IMG/VR virus record: IMGVR_UViG_3300032235_000792 | Reading direction: 5' to 3' (one strand) | Origin: a virus | Length of the DNA stretch: 64,000 bases | In this document: in pieces, positions 47,101 to 55,895 of the stretch | Layout of the letters: each line of letters opens with the position of its first letter | How positions within the stretch are numbered: the first letter of the stretch is position 1 | Program-made: the position numbers and the translations under genes | The notes under the pieces: generated by a model | Databases searched by the model: none | What the model was told of the DNA's origin: nothing | The model's input: the letters and a program-made list of their open reading frames with translations, nothing else

Positions 47101-48093
47101 ATTCAAGCTTTCTCTAGATATTCTTTCAATAGATCTCACTCACATTGTTATGCAGAGCTAGGATATATCACAATGTATCTCAAGCATAATCACCCTCTTG
47201 AATGGTGGACATCTGTGTTAAATAATGAAGATAAAGAGGATAAAATTAGAGGATTCATCTCTTTGCTAAATGATACAATTAAGCCACCATCTATGAAAAA
47301 TGCTTCTGAACAATTTAAGGTTGAACAAGATCATATTGTGGCACCAATATCAGCGATCAAGGGTGTGGGTCCAGCGGCGGTTAAAGAGCTAGTCAGCAAG
47401 GGTCCTTTCATGGATTTAGAAGATTATATTAAAAGGGTTGATCACGGTAAAGTAAATAAAGGTGTTGTTGAAGCAATGATTAAAGCAAGAGCCGCTGACT
47501 CATTAATGAACAAAAGATTACCATCATATGCAGACATGCGTTTGCAGTTTTTATCTGACTATAACTATCTTAGAGGTGGAAAAATTGCATGGAAGCCAGA
47601 GCTTAAAGACACTAACCCACTTGCCATCTATTTCATGGAAAAAGAATCAAACAAGACTTTTAATAAGCACCTGCTGTCTGATCCAGATGTAAGAGCTTTT
47701 TTGAAAAACAAATGGCCAGCTCTTGTAGATACTGGAAAGAAGGGTGCACCATTTATCATGTATGATAATGATAATAATCCGATACCAATTATAAATAATA
47801 TTAAAGTAGCAGAAGGATTAGTGCTCAAAGATCACAAAAAAGAAGTCGGCATGATAATGCTATACGAAGGATCTTCTATTAAAAAAGGAATATCTAAGAA
47901 AAGTGGAAAAGAATACTGCATGCTCAATGTCGTTTTGTCTGACGGATACTCTAACATAGAGTGCATAGACTGGAATAAGACTAAGCCTCTTCGCTTTCCT
48001 GAAAATAGCGTTGTCTACATTAAGGGCACTCTAAAAGAGGGGTTCAGAGAATCCGTAAGTATAAATTTGAAAGAAATTGAAATAATAAAATAG
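44113..48093 (+). CDS. dnaE: DNA polymerase III alpha (family C) with fused N-terminal DnaQ-like DEDDh exonuclease
   Basis: WIDVETTG...GFNVGFD...HDALSD exonuclease. LHVHS PHP. GRGSAGG, FERFL, PDIDMD, KADILGL, YQEQVM, YSFNRSH. Confidence 0.96.
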   Translation: MNYLWIDVETTGLNEKKNDIIQLACIPIINGVVKESFNEFCQPFNFDTIEPEALKVHGLTLEMIRTFQSPDLMFEKFINYIKSFNVKFTIAGFNVGFDKRFLSASFSKINKNQDFSKLFNIDIHCVYKRASDVKSKIASKSLKLEALSNLYGIEINAHDALSDISATIEVDKIISGLMGEDTTVYVPQLSAEDVKICVGFPEMAQLHVHSQYNMIDGVLKPEEWYAWAAANGVPGISIVDQGSGISLFNSVRNKEKTVAVSGLGINFAYDEDVDMHNIFSLNAWAISDEGYKNLVSLASIGYDNSKEINGIVTPVLTLSTIISKSQGLEFGSADLKGPIGQAIVAGDRDLAESRFLDLKSKLNIILEFNPVDIIKVYDGKVGFRSAPKNKLITEGNLSKAYNKFLFEMYSEHGCRAIPVTGACFIDPDDKLVQDCLSKNAHKDQAYYYESYHIKKANQVFKELKVHLGNDLTEDIFNQWVLRTLDIVDKAKSINASFDYHLPAIFVPDHIRKKTDNYDMQTYYVMMERIHKHGRWINDPIYVERFKKELDVIMKNEVMNFIPYFLVYEDVSQFSRDAGFLQSIGRGSAGGCLISYYLQIIHVDPVKSDLPFERFLSHARIRAGSWPDIDMDISRTARPHVMKYLKDKYGLGFAQISTFSTMKTKNAIKDAMMAIYGRNRKDFEIEAVCKTIPDSPQGVEEKDFLYGYTDKEGDDHVGHYDENEMLRNFFSSYPDVKDLVDKLLGVVRGWSRHASAFVISTLNLQDGRVPTMRMYDGGMNDYINVTQYNAKMVEKSNLVKADILGLNTMAMVTDCVNLLKDRVNYLETDDKGVALIYRLPELESVYIDFYNKKTDSSFQFNTNTVKNAAPQFMPTERSHLSIMTALLRPGAMDAQIEEGVSATQWYMDVRMGKRDPIYIHEDLRPILEETYGIMVYQEQVMKVLVDICGYTLEETDRIRDAISKKKQDVMMAAFDRIREATKKKGWNKHQSDNLCNTIQAFSRYSFNRSHSHCYAELGYITMYLKHNHPLEWWTSVLNNEDKEDKIRGFISLLNDTIKPPSMKNASEQFKVEQDHIVAPISAIKGVGPAAVKELVSKGPFMDLEDYIKRVDHGKVNKGVVEAMIKARAADSLMNKRLPSYADMRLQFLSDYNYLRGGKIAWKPELKDTNPLAIYFMEKESNKTFNKHLLSDPDVRAFLKNKWPALVDTGKKGAPFIMYDNDNNPIPIINNIKVAEGLVLKDHKKEVGMIMLYEGSSIKKGISKKSGKEYCMLNVVLSDGYSNIECIDWNKTKPLRFPENSVVYIKGTLKEGFRESVSINLKEIEIIK

Positions 48094-48101
48094 GAGAAAT
48101 A

Positions 48102-48566
48102 ATGCATTATATTATTGTATCTAGCGCACCAGAAAAATTAAGCTCAAATGAAATGGTGATTCACAAGCCCAACTTCTTAGAGGAAGTGAAATCAACAAGG
48201 GGACGAAGAGGTGTTAATCGCGTTACCTCAATCAGTTCAATTAGAGATATTCTTTCTCTATTAGCTGAAAAATACGACCAGACGCTAAATCCGTATCACC
48301 TAATTCTTCAAAAATATGACAATCTACCATACTCGACTGACGAAGATTTTTCTAATATTTTATTAAGAATTATCAAGGACAACGGATTAAAACTAATTGA
48401 TAAAGCAGTAGAACAAAAAATTAAAACTAGAAAACCTACCGTAGATACTATCTACTACGTTAGTGATTCTGTGGACGGCACTTCTGCACTTATAGGTCTT
48501 GGATTTCACATGAAAGATTCTAAGAATTCTAAAAAGATTAGCTCTAATAAAGATTCTGTGGTATAA
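48102..48566 (+). CDS. Hypothetical protein
   Basis: SD AGGAG. 154 aa. Confidence 0.65.
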   Translation: MHYIIVSSAPEKLSSNEMVIHKPNFLEEVKSTRGRRGVNRVTSISSIRDILSLLAEKYDQTLNPYHLILQKYDNLPYSTDEDFSNILLRIIKDNGLKLIDKAVEQKIKTRKPTVDTIYYVSDSVDGTSALIGLGFHMKDSKNSKKISSNKDSVV

Positions 48567-48567
48567 T
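48559..48567 (+). promoter_or_regulatory. Extended -10 TGGTATAAT for SSB operon
   Basis: Contains the TAA stop of the upstream gene. Confidence 0.7.
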
Positions 48568-48628
48568 ATAATTATGCCGATTTTGGCAGTTAATAAAACT
48601 ATGGCAATTATGCTAGTAAGGAGAATTT

Positions 48629-49597
48629 ATGTCGTCAATCAAGATTAATCTTGACTCACTCAACCCCAAGTCATTCAAAAAGACAGTAAGACACAAGGTG
48701 CAAGATGGTAGCAACATTTTTAGGTTCTTGCCTCCATTCGGCAAAGAATCAGATGGATACCCGTATCGTAAGTGGAATGTCGTTTGGGGACTCATTGATC
48801 CAAACTCTGGGCGTGCGCGTCCATTTGCATCTTCATCTACATACGAAGGTAGATGTCCAATCTACGATTATCTAGATTTGCTTAAGACAAAAGTTGCAAC
48901 AATGACTAATCCAGCAGATGAGGCTAAGGTTGAAGCGCTTAACAAATTTATATCTGACCTTCGCCCTAAAACAGCATACGCTTATAATGCGTCAGATAAA
49001 TCTGGCCAAATTGGCGTGTTGGAACTTAAGGCTACTGCACATAAAAAAGTAATATCTTTGATGGATAAATATATTAAAGACTACAATCAAGATCCTACAT
49101 CTCTAAATTCAGAACCTACAGATTCTGGTGTATGGTTTAATATTAGTAAAGTTGGCAAAGGATTCGATACATCATACGATGCTTCAAAAAATCAAATCAT
49201 GGCAAAAGACGCGTCAGGTGTTCCTGTTTATAAAGACGATCGCTCGCCTCTTGCCGACAGCATTGTTCATAACTTTGACTCGTTGGGATACGACCTGAAT
49301 AATCTTTATCAAAAACTAACTTATGAAGAGTTAAAAGATATTCTTGTTGCAAATTTAGTAAATGCAGCTCAGAATATACCGGAACTACTTGTTCCAGGAT
49401 TCGGTTTGGACGAGAGCGGGGCTTCTGAAGAAGCACATGTCACAATTACTACAACTACTGCGGTAAATAAGCCAGCAGTGTCTAGTGTAGCAAAACCTCA
49501 AGGTACAGGTGCTAAGATTAATCTAGGTAAAGCTGAAGATGTTGGAGATGATACTGACGATATTCTAGCAATGGCAGACGATCTCTTTAATTCTTAA
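48629..49597 (+). CDS. Single-stranded DNA-binding protein (T4 gp32-like)
   Basis: N.FRFLPP, CPIYDY, G.GFDTSY, acidic C-terminal tail DDILAMADDLFNS. Confidence 0.8.
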   Translation: MSSIKINLDSLNPKSFKKTVRHKVQDGSNIFRFLPPFGKESDGYPYRKWNVVWGLIDPNSGRARPFASSSTYEGRCPIYDYLDLLKTKVATMTNPADEAKVEALNKFISDLRPKTAYAYNASDKSGQIGVLELKATAHKKVISLMDKYIKDYNQDPTSLNSEPTDSGVWFNISKVGKGFDTSYDASKNQIMAKDASGVPVYKDDRSPLADSIVHNFDSLGYDLNNLYQKLTYEELKDILVANLVNAAQNIPELLVPGFGLDESGASEEAHVTITTTTAVNKPAVSSVAKPQGTGAKINLGKAEDVGDDTDDILAMADDLFNS

Positions 49598-49606
49598 GGA
49601 GTAGAC

Positions 49607-50053
49607 ATGTCTAACGAATTACAGACTATAGATGTCACAAAATTAGCTGAATATACTAAGAAAATCTCAGAAATAGGGAGCCTCAATAAAATGATGGCTC
49701 CTAACTATCTTAGAGACTTTATTAATGCGATGGACATGACCAGTTCTATGTTATCAAAGGCTGTAAAAGCAAATCTTGACTCTAAAACAGAACTTGACAA
49801 AATAAGAGCTATTGCTTACTTAGATAAAGCAGAAGATTATTGTAATGCAAAAGGTATAAAAATGTCAAATGGCGTACGCGAAGCATACGTTGATCTTGAT
49901 GAAGATGTCGTAAGGGCAAAAGATAAATTTGCAGCTACAGAGGCTATGGTTATGTTTCTAAAGAATAAGTATCAGGCTTTTAGATGTGCACATGACGACG
50001 TAAAGAAAATATCATTTAACGAAGTGCAGGGAACTGCATTTGAAGGCTTTTAA
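49607..50053 (+). CDS. UvsY-like recombination mediator
   Basis: Helical protein with REAYVDLDEDV motif, between SSB and RecA. Confidence 0.55.
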   Translation: MSNELQTIDVTKLAEYTKKISEIGSLNKMMAPNYLRDFINAMDMTSSMLSKAVKANLDSKTELDKIRAIAYLDKAEDYCNAKGIKMSNGVREAYVDLDEDVVRAKDKFAATEAMVMFLKNKYQAFRCAHDDVKKISFNEVQGTAFEGF

Positions 50054-50063
50054 CGGAGGAAGT

Positions 50064-50324
50064 ATGAAAGTAAAATTTACAAGTACAAGTATCAATGACA
50101 AAGTTCAAACTGTATCTACGAGCCAATTTGGCGATCGTGAATTCAGTTATGGTGAACGTTATCGTGTCTATTTTAGCAATGGCACCTCTGCTATCGCTTA
50201 TGTAAATAGACAAAGTGCAAGCAGCCTCTCAATTGCTAATGAAGATCTCCCTAAAGGACTTCGCCTAGCTAAAGTAGGAAATCCTGTTGTTCGCACAATC
50301 AAATCACTTAAGAAAATTAAGTAA
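50064..50324 (+). CDS. Small basic hypothetical protein
   Basis: SD GGAGG before ATG 50064. Confidence 0.65.
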   Translation: MKVKFTSTSINDKVQTVSTSQFGDREFSYGERYRVYFSNGTSAIAYVNRQSASSLSIANEDLPKGLRLAKVGNPVVRTIKSLKKIK

Positions 50325-50335
50325 GGAGTTTCTCC

Positions 50336-51442
50336 ATGTCATCTGTTAATAAATGGATGAAAAAGTTAGAAGGTGACTTTGCAAAAGTTGCCTCTGATAT
50401 GGAAAAACCTTCTGATAAAGTTATCGCACTTGCCTCGCCCAGTTTTAACTGGGCGGTTGGCAACGGCGGAATTACGGAAGGTAAAGCCGTGTGCTTTTTC
50501 GGCCCAGAATCTTCTGGTAAATCGTTGCTTTCTCAACTTGCAATGATTGAGCTTCAAAAGAAGTACCCAGAATCTATCCAGATCTTGATTGACGCTGAGT
50601 TTAGCTTTAATCCCATCTGGTTTCAAAAGTTGGGTGGTGATCTCGACAGACTGCTCGTAAAACAAACTAACGATCCGCTACAGATCTTTGATTGGTTAGA
50701 AAAAGATGTTCTCGAAATGTTACAAGAAGGCGCTCCAATTAACGGCCTAATGATCGATTCGGTCAAGTCAATTCGCTACCCTGGCGATATCAAAGCAAAG
50801 ACTACTGACGTTTCTATGGGTGGTTCTGGTGCTAAGTATCTAGGTGCTGCGTTAAAAGGACTTCTTCCCATCATTAGGACATACAACATCACAACACTAT
50901 TGATTCAGCAGGTCTATGAAGAAATGGATCAATACAAGAAGATGAACAATCCTTGGATTATCCCAGATGGTCGAGCTCTTAAGCACTTCTGTGACTACAT
51001 GCTTCAGGTTGAACGTGTAGATACTAAAGCTGGTCGTGTCGAAGAAGGTAGCACTATCGCAGGTGGGGCACTTCAAGTAGGTCACAAAGTAAGGGTTAAA
51101 GGTAAAAAGAATCGTGTTGGTGCACCTTACCGTGTTGCGGAATTTACTCTAAGATACGATTCTGGAATTGTCGGCACTGAGGAGGAGATCTATGAATTGG
51201 GGAAATCTCTTGGCGTTATTTATCACCCTATCTCTCAAGATTCTGGTAAGGCTAATAACATGATGTGGGCGTTTGGAAACTATCCTCATGTGAAAGGCGA
51301 AACCAATATGAAATTCTTTGTAACTTCAAATAAGCAAATTCTAGATGAAGTCTATAAGGCATGTCTACTTGCTGATGACAATGCTCTAGAGTCTAGAAAT
51401 AAAGAGCTTCAAGTTTCAAATGTTGACTTGACGGATATCTAG
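50336..51442 (+). CDS. recA: RecA/UvsX-like recombinase
   Basis: GPESSGKS, LIDAEF, MIDSV, GRALKHF, KKNRVGAPYR. Confidence 0.93.
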   Translation: MSSVNKWMKKLEGDFAKVASDMEKPSDKVIALASPSFNWAVGNGGITEGKAVCFFGPESSGKSLLSQLAMIELQKKYPESIQILIDAEFSFNPIWFQKLGGDLDRLLVKQTNDPLQIFDWLEKDVLEMLQEGAPINGLMIDSVKSIRYPGDIKAKTTDVSMGGSGAKYLGAALKGLLPIIRTYNITTLLIQQVYEEMDQYKKMNNPWIIPDGRALKHFCDYMLQVERVDTKAGRVEEGSTIAGGALQVGHKVRVKGKKNRVGAPYRVAEFTLRYDSGIVGTEEEIYELGKSLGVIYHPISQDSGKANNMMWAFGNYPHVKGETNMKFFVTSNKQILDEVYKACLLADDNALESRNKELQVSNVDLTDI

Positions 51443-51756
51443 TGATAGGCATAGAAGATATTGAATGTATGCTACAGATTGAAATCGAATTCGGGCACTC
51501 AGTGCCCGAATTTGCTTTCGTCAATCCAGCAATTATTCATAACATATTCGAAAAAGGTATATCAGCGGGCTATGCCCCTAACCCTCACTACGGCTTTAGT
51601 GGATTTGCTCTATGGACTAGGATCGGCAGACTAGAACTAGTGCCGTGTCCGTACTTCTCAGATAGCGAAGTTGTATTTTCGTGTAGTAGAAATATGATAT
51701 TAAATGTATTCAATAAACTAGGCTTAGAATATGGCAAAAATTCTGTTCATAGGTGA
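51442..51756 (+). CDS. Hypothetical protein
   Basis: GTG start overlapping the recA stop. Fills the gap to sbcD. Confidence 0.5.
   Translation: MIGIEDIECMLQIEIEFGHSVPEFAFVNPAIIHNIFEKGISAGYAPNPHYGFSGFALWTRIGRLELVPCPYFSDSEVVFSCSRNMILNVFNKLGLEYGKNSVHR
51488..51518 (+). terminator. Intragenic terminator-like hairpin downstream of recA
   Basis: AATTCGGGCAC-TCA-GTGCCCGAATT 11-bp perfect stem followed by TGCTTT. Confidence 0.6.
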
Positions 51757-52735
51757 TCCTCATCTTAGGATAAACGACTTTGAGCAATCCGTTGCGCTAT
51801 TGCGATGGATTGAATCTATCGCGATAGAACACAAGCCAGACATAGTTTGTAATCTTGGAGACACATTTCATAATCACGCAGTGCTTAGATCTGAGATTAT
51901 GAAAGAATTTAAAGACCATATTGATAATATTGTTAGTAATGATATTACATACTGGTATGTGTTAGGTAATCACGATCAATATAAACCAAAAGATAACAAG
52001 TATCACGCACTTCAATCGTTTGTTCAGCATGAACGATTTGTGATATTCGATAAACCTAGAACAGATATATTAGATATAACAATCGTACCTTATGTTCAGA
52101 ATTTTGCAGATTTTCCACTAGACACCAATAAAATCTGCATAACTCACAATACGTTTATTGGAGCAGATTATGGATTTAGACGTGAAGACTGCGGTATCGA
52201 CGCTGACAAAGTTTCTGCAGACATTATCGTATCTGGACATATACACAAAAGGCAGACATTCGGAAAAGTCGTCTATCCCGGAACGCCGGTTGCACATAAC
52301 GCCACGGATGTGGATGAGATTAAGGGATTATTGCTTTTCGACACTGAGACACTTGGGCAATTATTCATACAAGCCCCTTTTCCAGCGTGGAGAAGCCTCG
52401 AATTCCAACTTGGACAACAGCTCTCAGTAGACGAAATGCACACAAAGATTTCGTCCTCTGTTGATAATACTAATAAGTGGATAGTTAAAATATCTGGGCC
52501 AAAAACTGAATTATTAAGTTATTTTAAGTCTAAAAAATACAACGAGCTTGTTTCTAAAAACAATATAGTAATAAAATCAAACATGATTGACTCTACTAAA
52601 CAAAGTAGAGTAAAGATAGAAGCGTCATCGCCTAATTCTATAGTTTCTGATTATGTTAATAAAGTATATAGCGGCAGTATAGATAAGCAGTTGATAATAC
52701 AAAAAGCACAAGAAATAATCAATAACTTACACTGA
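51731..52735 (+). CDS. sbcD: SbcD/Mre11/gp47-like metallophosphoesterase nuclease
   Basis: IGDPH, LGDTFH, LGNHD, SGHIH, YPGTP. Confidence 0.92.
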   Translation: MAKILFIGDPHLRINDFEQSVALLRWIESIAIEHKPDIVCNLGDTFHNHAVLRSEIMKEFKDHIDNIVSNDITYWYVLGNHDQYKPKDNKYHALQSFVQHERFVIFDKPRTDILDITIVPYVQNFADFPLDTNKICITHNTFIGADYGFRREDCGIDADKVSADIIVSGHIHKRQTFGKVVYPGTPVAHNATDVDEIKGLLLFDTETLGQLFIQAPFPAWRSLEFQLGQQLSVDEMHTKISSSVDNTNKWIVKISGPKTELLSYFKSKKYNELVSKNNIVIKSNMIDSTKQSRVKIEASSPNSIVSDYVNKVYSGSIDKQLIIQKAQEIINNLH

Positions 52736-52747
52736 TCTTGGTATAAT
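52717..52747 (+). promoter_or_regulatory. AATCAATAACTTA box + extended -10 TGGTATAAT (packaging operon)
   Basis: The box matches the IHF consensus WATCAANNNNTTR, 12 nt upstream of TATAAT. Confidence 0.7.
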
Positions 52748-52765
52748 GTTAATATAGGAGTCTAA

Positions 52766-53209
52766 ATGGTTAATTATATTGATCATCACCAATGGTTAGT
52801 TAATAACAATATGTTAACTGATCAAATTAAGGATAACATCGCTATGGGCGGGTATTGCTTAGTTGAGGGTGTTAAAGATGTTGGCACGTCAATAGATTTC
52901 AATGATAAGTTGGTGCACTACAAGATAATAGTACCAGATAATCTTTATAATAACTTAATGTTGCTTAAAAAGTTTAATAGTGGTGAAAGTTTAGGGTTTT
53001 TTGAATCTATTAGATTAAAAAAATTTTTAAAGATAAAGAAAGAGAACGACGAAAGTGGACTAGGTTATAACCTAGAAAATATTGGTAATAAGTTTGTTAA
53101 AACTTACCTAAACAAAGAATGGTCCGTTAAAGTAGACCTAATTAAAGAAAGTAGTAATGAAGCAAAAAATTTTTGGCTACATAGCGATACAGATAAATCA
53201 CTTGACTGA
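52766..53209 (+). CDS. Hypothetical protein
   Basis: Own promoter and SD AGGAG. Confidence 0.65.
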   Translation: MVNYIDHHQWLVNNNMLTDQIKDNIAMGGYCLVEGVKDVGTSIDFNDKLVHYKIIVPDNLYNNLMLLKKFNSGESLGFFESIRLKKFLKIKKENDESGLGYNLENIGNKFVKTYLNKEWSVKVDLIKESSNEAKNFWLHSDTDKSLD

Positions 53210-53342
53210 TGACGAAGATTTAAGACAAGATCTTTGGGTGCTCTTCTTGGAAGGTAAGGCCACTTTTTCTTTTAAAGATTATATAGATACTAAATATGAT
53301 AAGTGTTTGGAGTTAGAGGATGGCACTAAAGAGAGATTTTAA
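53157..53342 (+). CDS. Small protein resembling sigma-70 region 2 of ECF-type factors
   Basis: DEDLRQDLWVLFLE resembles the AEDLxQExF region 2.2 motif. Overlaps both neighbours. Confidence 0.4.
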   Translation: MKQKIFGYIAIQINHLTDDEDLRQDLWVLFLEGKATFSFKDYIDTKYDKCLELEDGTKERF

Positions 53343-53931
53343 TGATGAAGAAAAGATTGGACTAACTCAAAGAGAAATCGAGTTGGGTGAAAAGTATCTT
53401 CGCAAGCATAAAACTGCTGGTGCAATAGGCGATGTACAGTCTCTTAAACTATACGAGATGTTTTTAATAGGTAGCTCTCTTCACGAAATACAACAACAGT
53501 TCCCAGAATATGAAATAGGTCAAATAGTTCTAACAGCTGCATTAAAAAAATGGGGCATGGATAGAGATAAGATGCAAGGCACTCTTAGAGATCGAGTACG
53601 GGCCAAAGTTGTTAAATCTGTTATTGAACAAGTAGACTTTCTAACATCAATGCTTAGTGTTGCAAATGTCGAGCATGTAGATGAGATGCGGAAGTACATA
53701 ATTGACCCTAACAATCCAAAACCAAACCTAAGAATAAAGTCTATAAAAGACTATAAAGAAGTTGCTGAAGTTTTAGGCAAGATAGTTCAGGGTGCAACTC
53801 CTGGTGCTAAAAGCAACAGCATATCGCCTATGTTCGATGCACTTGCTCCTAACACCGGAAAGAGTGTTGAGAAGAAAAGAGACGATGATGACATAGATCT
53901 TGATTCTTTGCTAGACAAGGGTGAAGAATAA
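53320..53931 (+). CDS. Probable terminase small subunit
   Basis: HTH-like segment, immediately upstream of the large terminase. Confidence 0.5.
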   Translation: MALKRDFNDEEKIGLTQREIELGEKYLRKHKTAGAIGDVQSLKLYEMFLIGSSLHEIQQQFPEYEIGQIVLTAALKKWGMDRDKMQGTLRDRVRAKVVKSVIEQVDFLTSMLSVANVEHVDEMRKYIIDPNNPKPNLRIKSIKDYKEVAEVLGKIVQGATPGAKSNSISPMFDALAPNTGKSVEKKRDDDDIDLDSLLDKGEE

Positions 53932-53936
53932 CGTAC

Positions 53937-55871
53937 ATGAAAAACGACAAGGCTAAATCAAATTTCGATAAGCTATCTCTTAAGCAAAGAAAAACATTGT
54001 TTTTCAAGAAGTGCGAAACAAGAGAAGAACTGTCTAAATTTATTCAAGTATTCTTCGGACTTCACTTACCGGATCAGGTTGTTTCCAGGTATGCTGATGT
54101 TAGTCCATTAGACGTTATATGGGAAGTGTACGATATTTGTGTAAATAAGCGTAACCCTAACAATATAGAAGAAATACTATACGTCGCAGGTCGCGGATCT
54201 GGTAAGACTCTAGGTATGGCAATTGCTGAGTTGCTAGTGATGCTTCATGACGGAAGAGACATATGTCACGTTGGTGCTGTTTTAGCTCAGGCTAAGCGAT
54301 GTTACGAGTATCAGACCAAGTTCATGCTATCCGGAAAAATACGCCCGATAATAGAGGATAAGAACTTAGCTCAAGAAGATAGGATCCTGCAAAAATTAAA
54401 CATGGAAAAATCTACTTTTTTAGTAGATAATCAGACTGTTACCATAGAAGTACTACCGTGTACACTCAAAGCACTTAACGGTCCTCACGTCCCTCTTGTG
54501 GTTACAGATGAGATCGATACCGTTTCTGGCGAAGGATTAAAGGCATTCAAAGAAATTAGCGGTATGCTAGACTCTAAGGGTGACAAGAAAGCTTTAAGAG
54601 TTGGTATTTCGACTAGAAAATCACGTTACGGCTTGATGAACAGAATGATGGAAGATGCTGAGTCAGCAGGAAGACACGTTCGTAGATGGACTGCTTGGGA
54701 GTTTACAGAGCGCTGCCCAGATGAAAGATCTGGCACAACGCCAACTGAATCATACCATATTCAAGATAATATGGAGGTTATTGACGAAGCAACCTTTAAA
54801 ATGAAAGATCCTAAGAAGCAAAAAGAATACACACAGCACACGATGCCAGGCGAAAAATGCCTAGCCTGTCCTGCTGCTGCTATATGTCTTGGCGACGCGA
54901 AAAAACAAGCGTCAAAATCATGGATGCTGAAGCCAGTTGGTGAATTGATTAAGAAAGTAAGGTCAGAAGGTACTGATTGGGCTTTAGCTCAGCTAATGAA
55001 TCTAAAACCGTCTGTTGAAGGGATTATATACAAAGAATTTGATGAAAAAATACATGTAAAAGACTGGAACTCAATGTGGAGAACCTTAACCGGAACAGAC
55101 TTTCCAGGTGAATGTTCACATGATATATTTGTAAAAAAATGCCATGCCATGCACCTACCTTGCTATGCTGGTGTTGACTGGGGATGGTCTAATCCAAATA
55201 CAGTCGTTTATTTTTTCATAGATAAAAGAGATAATGTTTACGTCGTGAGATCTGATGGGATGACCTACGTCTCTCAGCCAGAGTGGATCCACTATATAAA
55301 GACAAAATACAATGCAATGTATCGCTGCCAGCTCTACTTTCCAGATATCGCGGATCAAGGTGCTGTAACAGAAATGAAGAAAGCTGGACTACCTGTTTCA
55401 GCTGATAATGATAAGTCAATTAATACTGGCATACAAGTAATCAAAAGACTGCTTAGAGTTCCTGGTACTAGCGACACCAAGATGCACGTCGCTAAAGAGA
55501 CCAATGAACCTCTTATAATTGAATTTTTAACTTATCACTTTAAGACTTCAGCTGACGGAACAATTACTGAAATGCCAGATACTGAATACGATCACTGGCT
55601 AGATGCTCTAAGATACCCATTGACAATGCTTTTAGGCAAAGGAACAATGGTCATGGGGCAAATGATAGATGTAGATAAGGCTAATACAATAGATTCGCAA
55701 GGCAACTACTACAAGACACCTTCACCGGAAGAATTTTGTGTAGTAAATAACTTAAAGATAAACACTGACGAGCCAGATTTAACTAAACTTGGAAAAATAG
55801 GTCGCTTAAACGACATAGACGATGAAGAAGACCAAAACGGCGGCAGTGGCGGGTTTTTATGGGGTTTTTAG
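53937..55871 (+). CDS. terL: Terminase large subunit
   Basis: AGRGSGKT Walker A, VVTDEID Walker B, GVDWGWSNP and DHWLDALRY nuclease motifs. Confidence 0.93.
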   Translation: MKNDKAKSNFDKLSLKQRKTLFFKKCETREELSKFIQVFFGLHLPDQVVSRYADVSPLDVIWEVYDICVNKRNPNNIEEILYVAGRGSGKTLGMAIAELLVMLHDGRDICHVGAVLAQAKRCYEYQTKFMLSGKIRPIIEDKNLAQEDRILQKLNMEKSTFLVDNQTVTIEVLPCTLKALNGPHVPLVVTDEIDTVSGEGLKAFKEISGMLDSKGDKKALRVGISTRKSRYGLMNRMMEDAESAGRHVRRWTAWEFTERCPDERSGTTPTESYHIQDNMEVIDEATFKMKDPKKQKEYTQHTMPGEKCLACPAAAICLGDAKKQASKSWMLKPVGELIKKVRSEGTDWALAQLMNLKPSVEGIIYKEFDEKIHVKDWNSMWRTLTGTDFPGECSHDIFVKKCHAMHLPCYAGVDWGWSNPNTVVYFFIDKRDNVYVVRSDGMTYVSQPEWIHYIKTKYNAMYRCQLYFPDIADQGAVTEMKKAGLPVSADNDKSINTGIQVIKRLLRVPGTSDTKMHVAKETNEPLIIEFLTYHFKTSADGTITEMPDTEYDHWLDALRYPLTMLLGKGTMVMGQMIDVDKANTIDSQGNYYKTPSPEEFCVVNNLKINTDEPDLTKLGKIGRLNDIDDEEDQNGGSGGFLWGF

Positions 55872-55877
55872 TATAAT
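55871..55877 (+). promoter_or_regulatory. GTATAAT -10 for portal, overlapping terL stop
   Basis: TAGTATAAT followed by SD GGAGGAG. Confidence 0.65.
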
Positions 55878-55895
55878 GTATCTTACGGAGGAGAT

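Noticed and set aside
48102-48566. Degenerate dNMP kinase fold
   Set aside because: Only a faint pattern resemblance and no P-loop, so it cannot be supported without a profile search.
27079-51442. Bacterial chromosome segment (glyA, groEL, dnaE, recA, phoH)
   Set aside because: These genes are interleaved with terminase, portal, baseplate and gp32-like genes and share the phage promoter motif. Most are divergent phage-type versions.
44113-55871. Inteins or introns in dnaE, recA or terL
   Set aside because: Core motifs are contiguous, lengths are normal, and no C...HN splice junction or homing endonuclease motif was seen.
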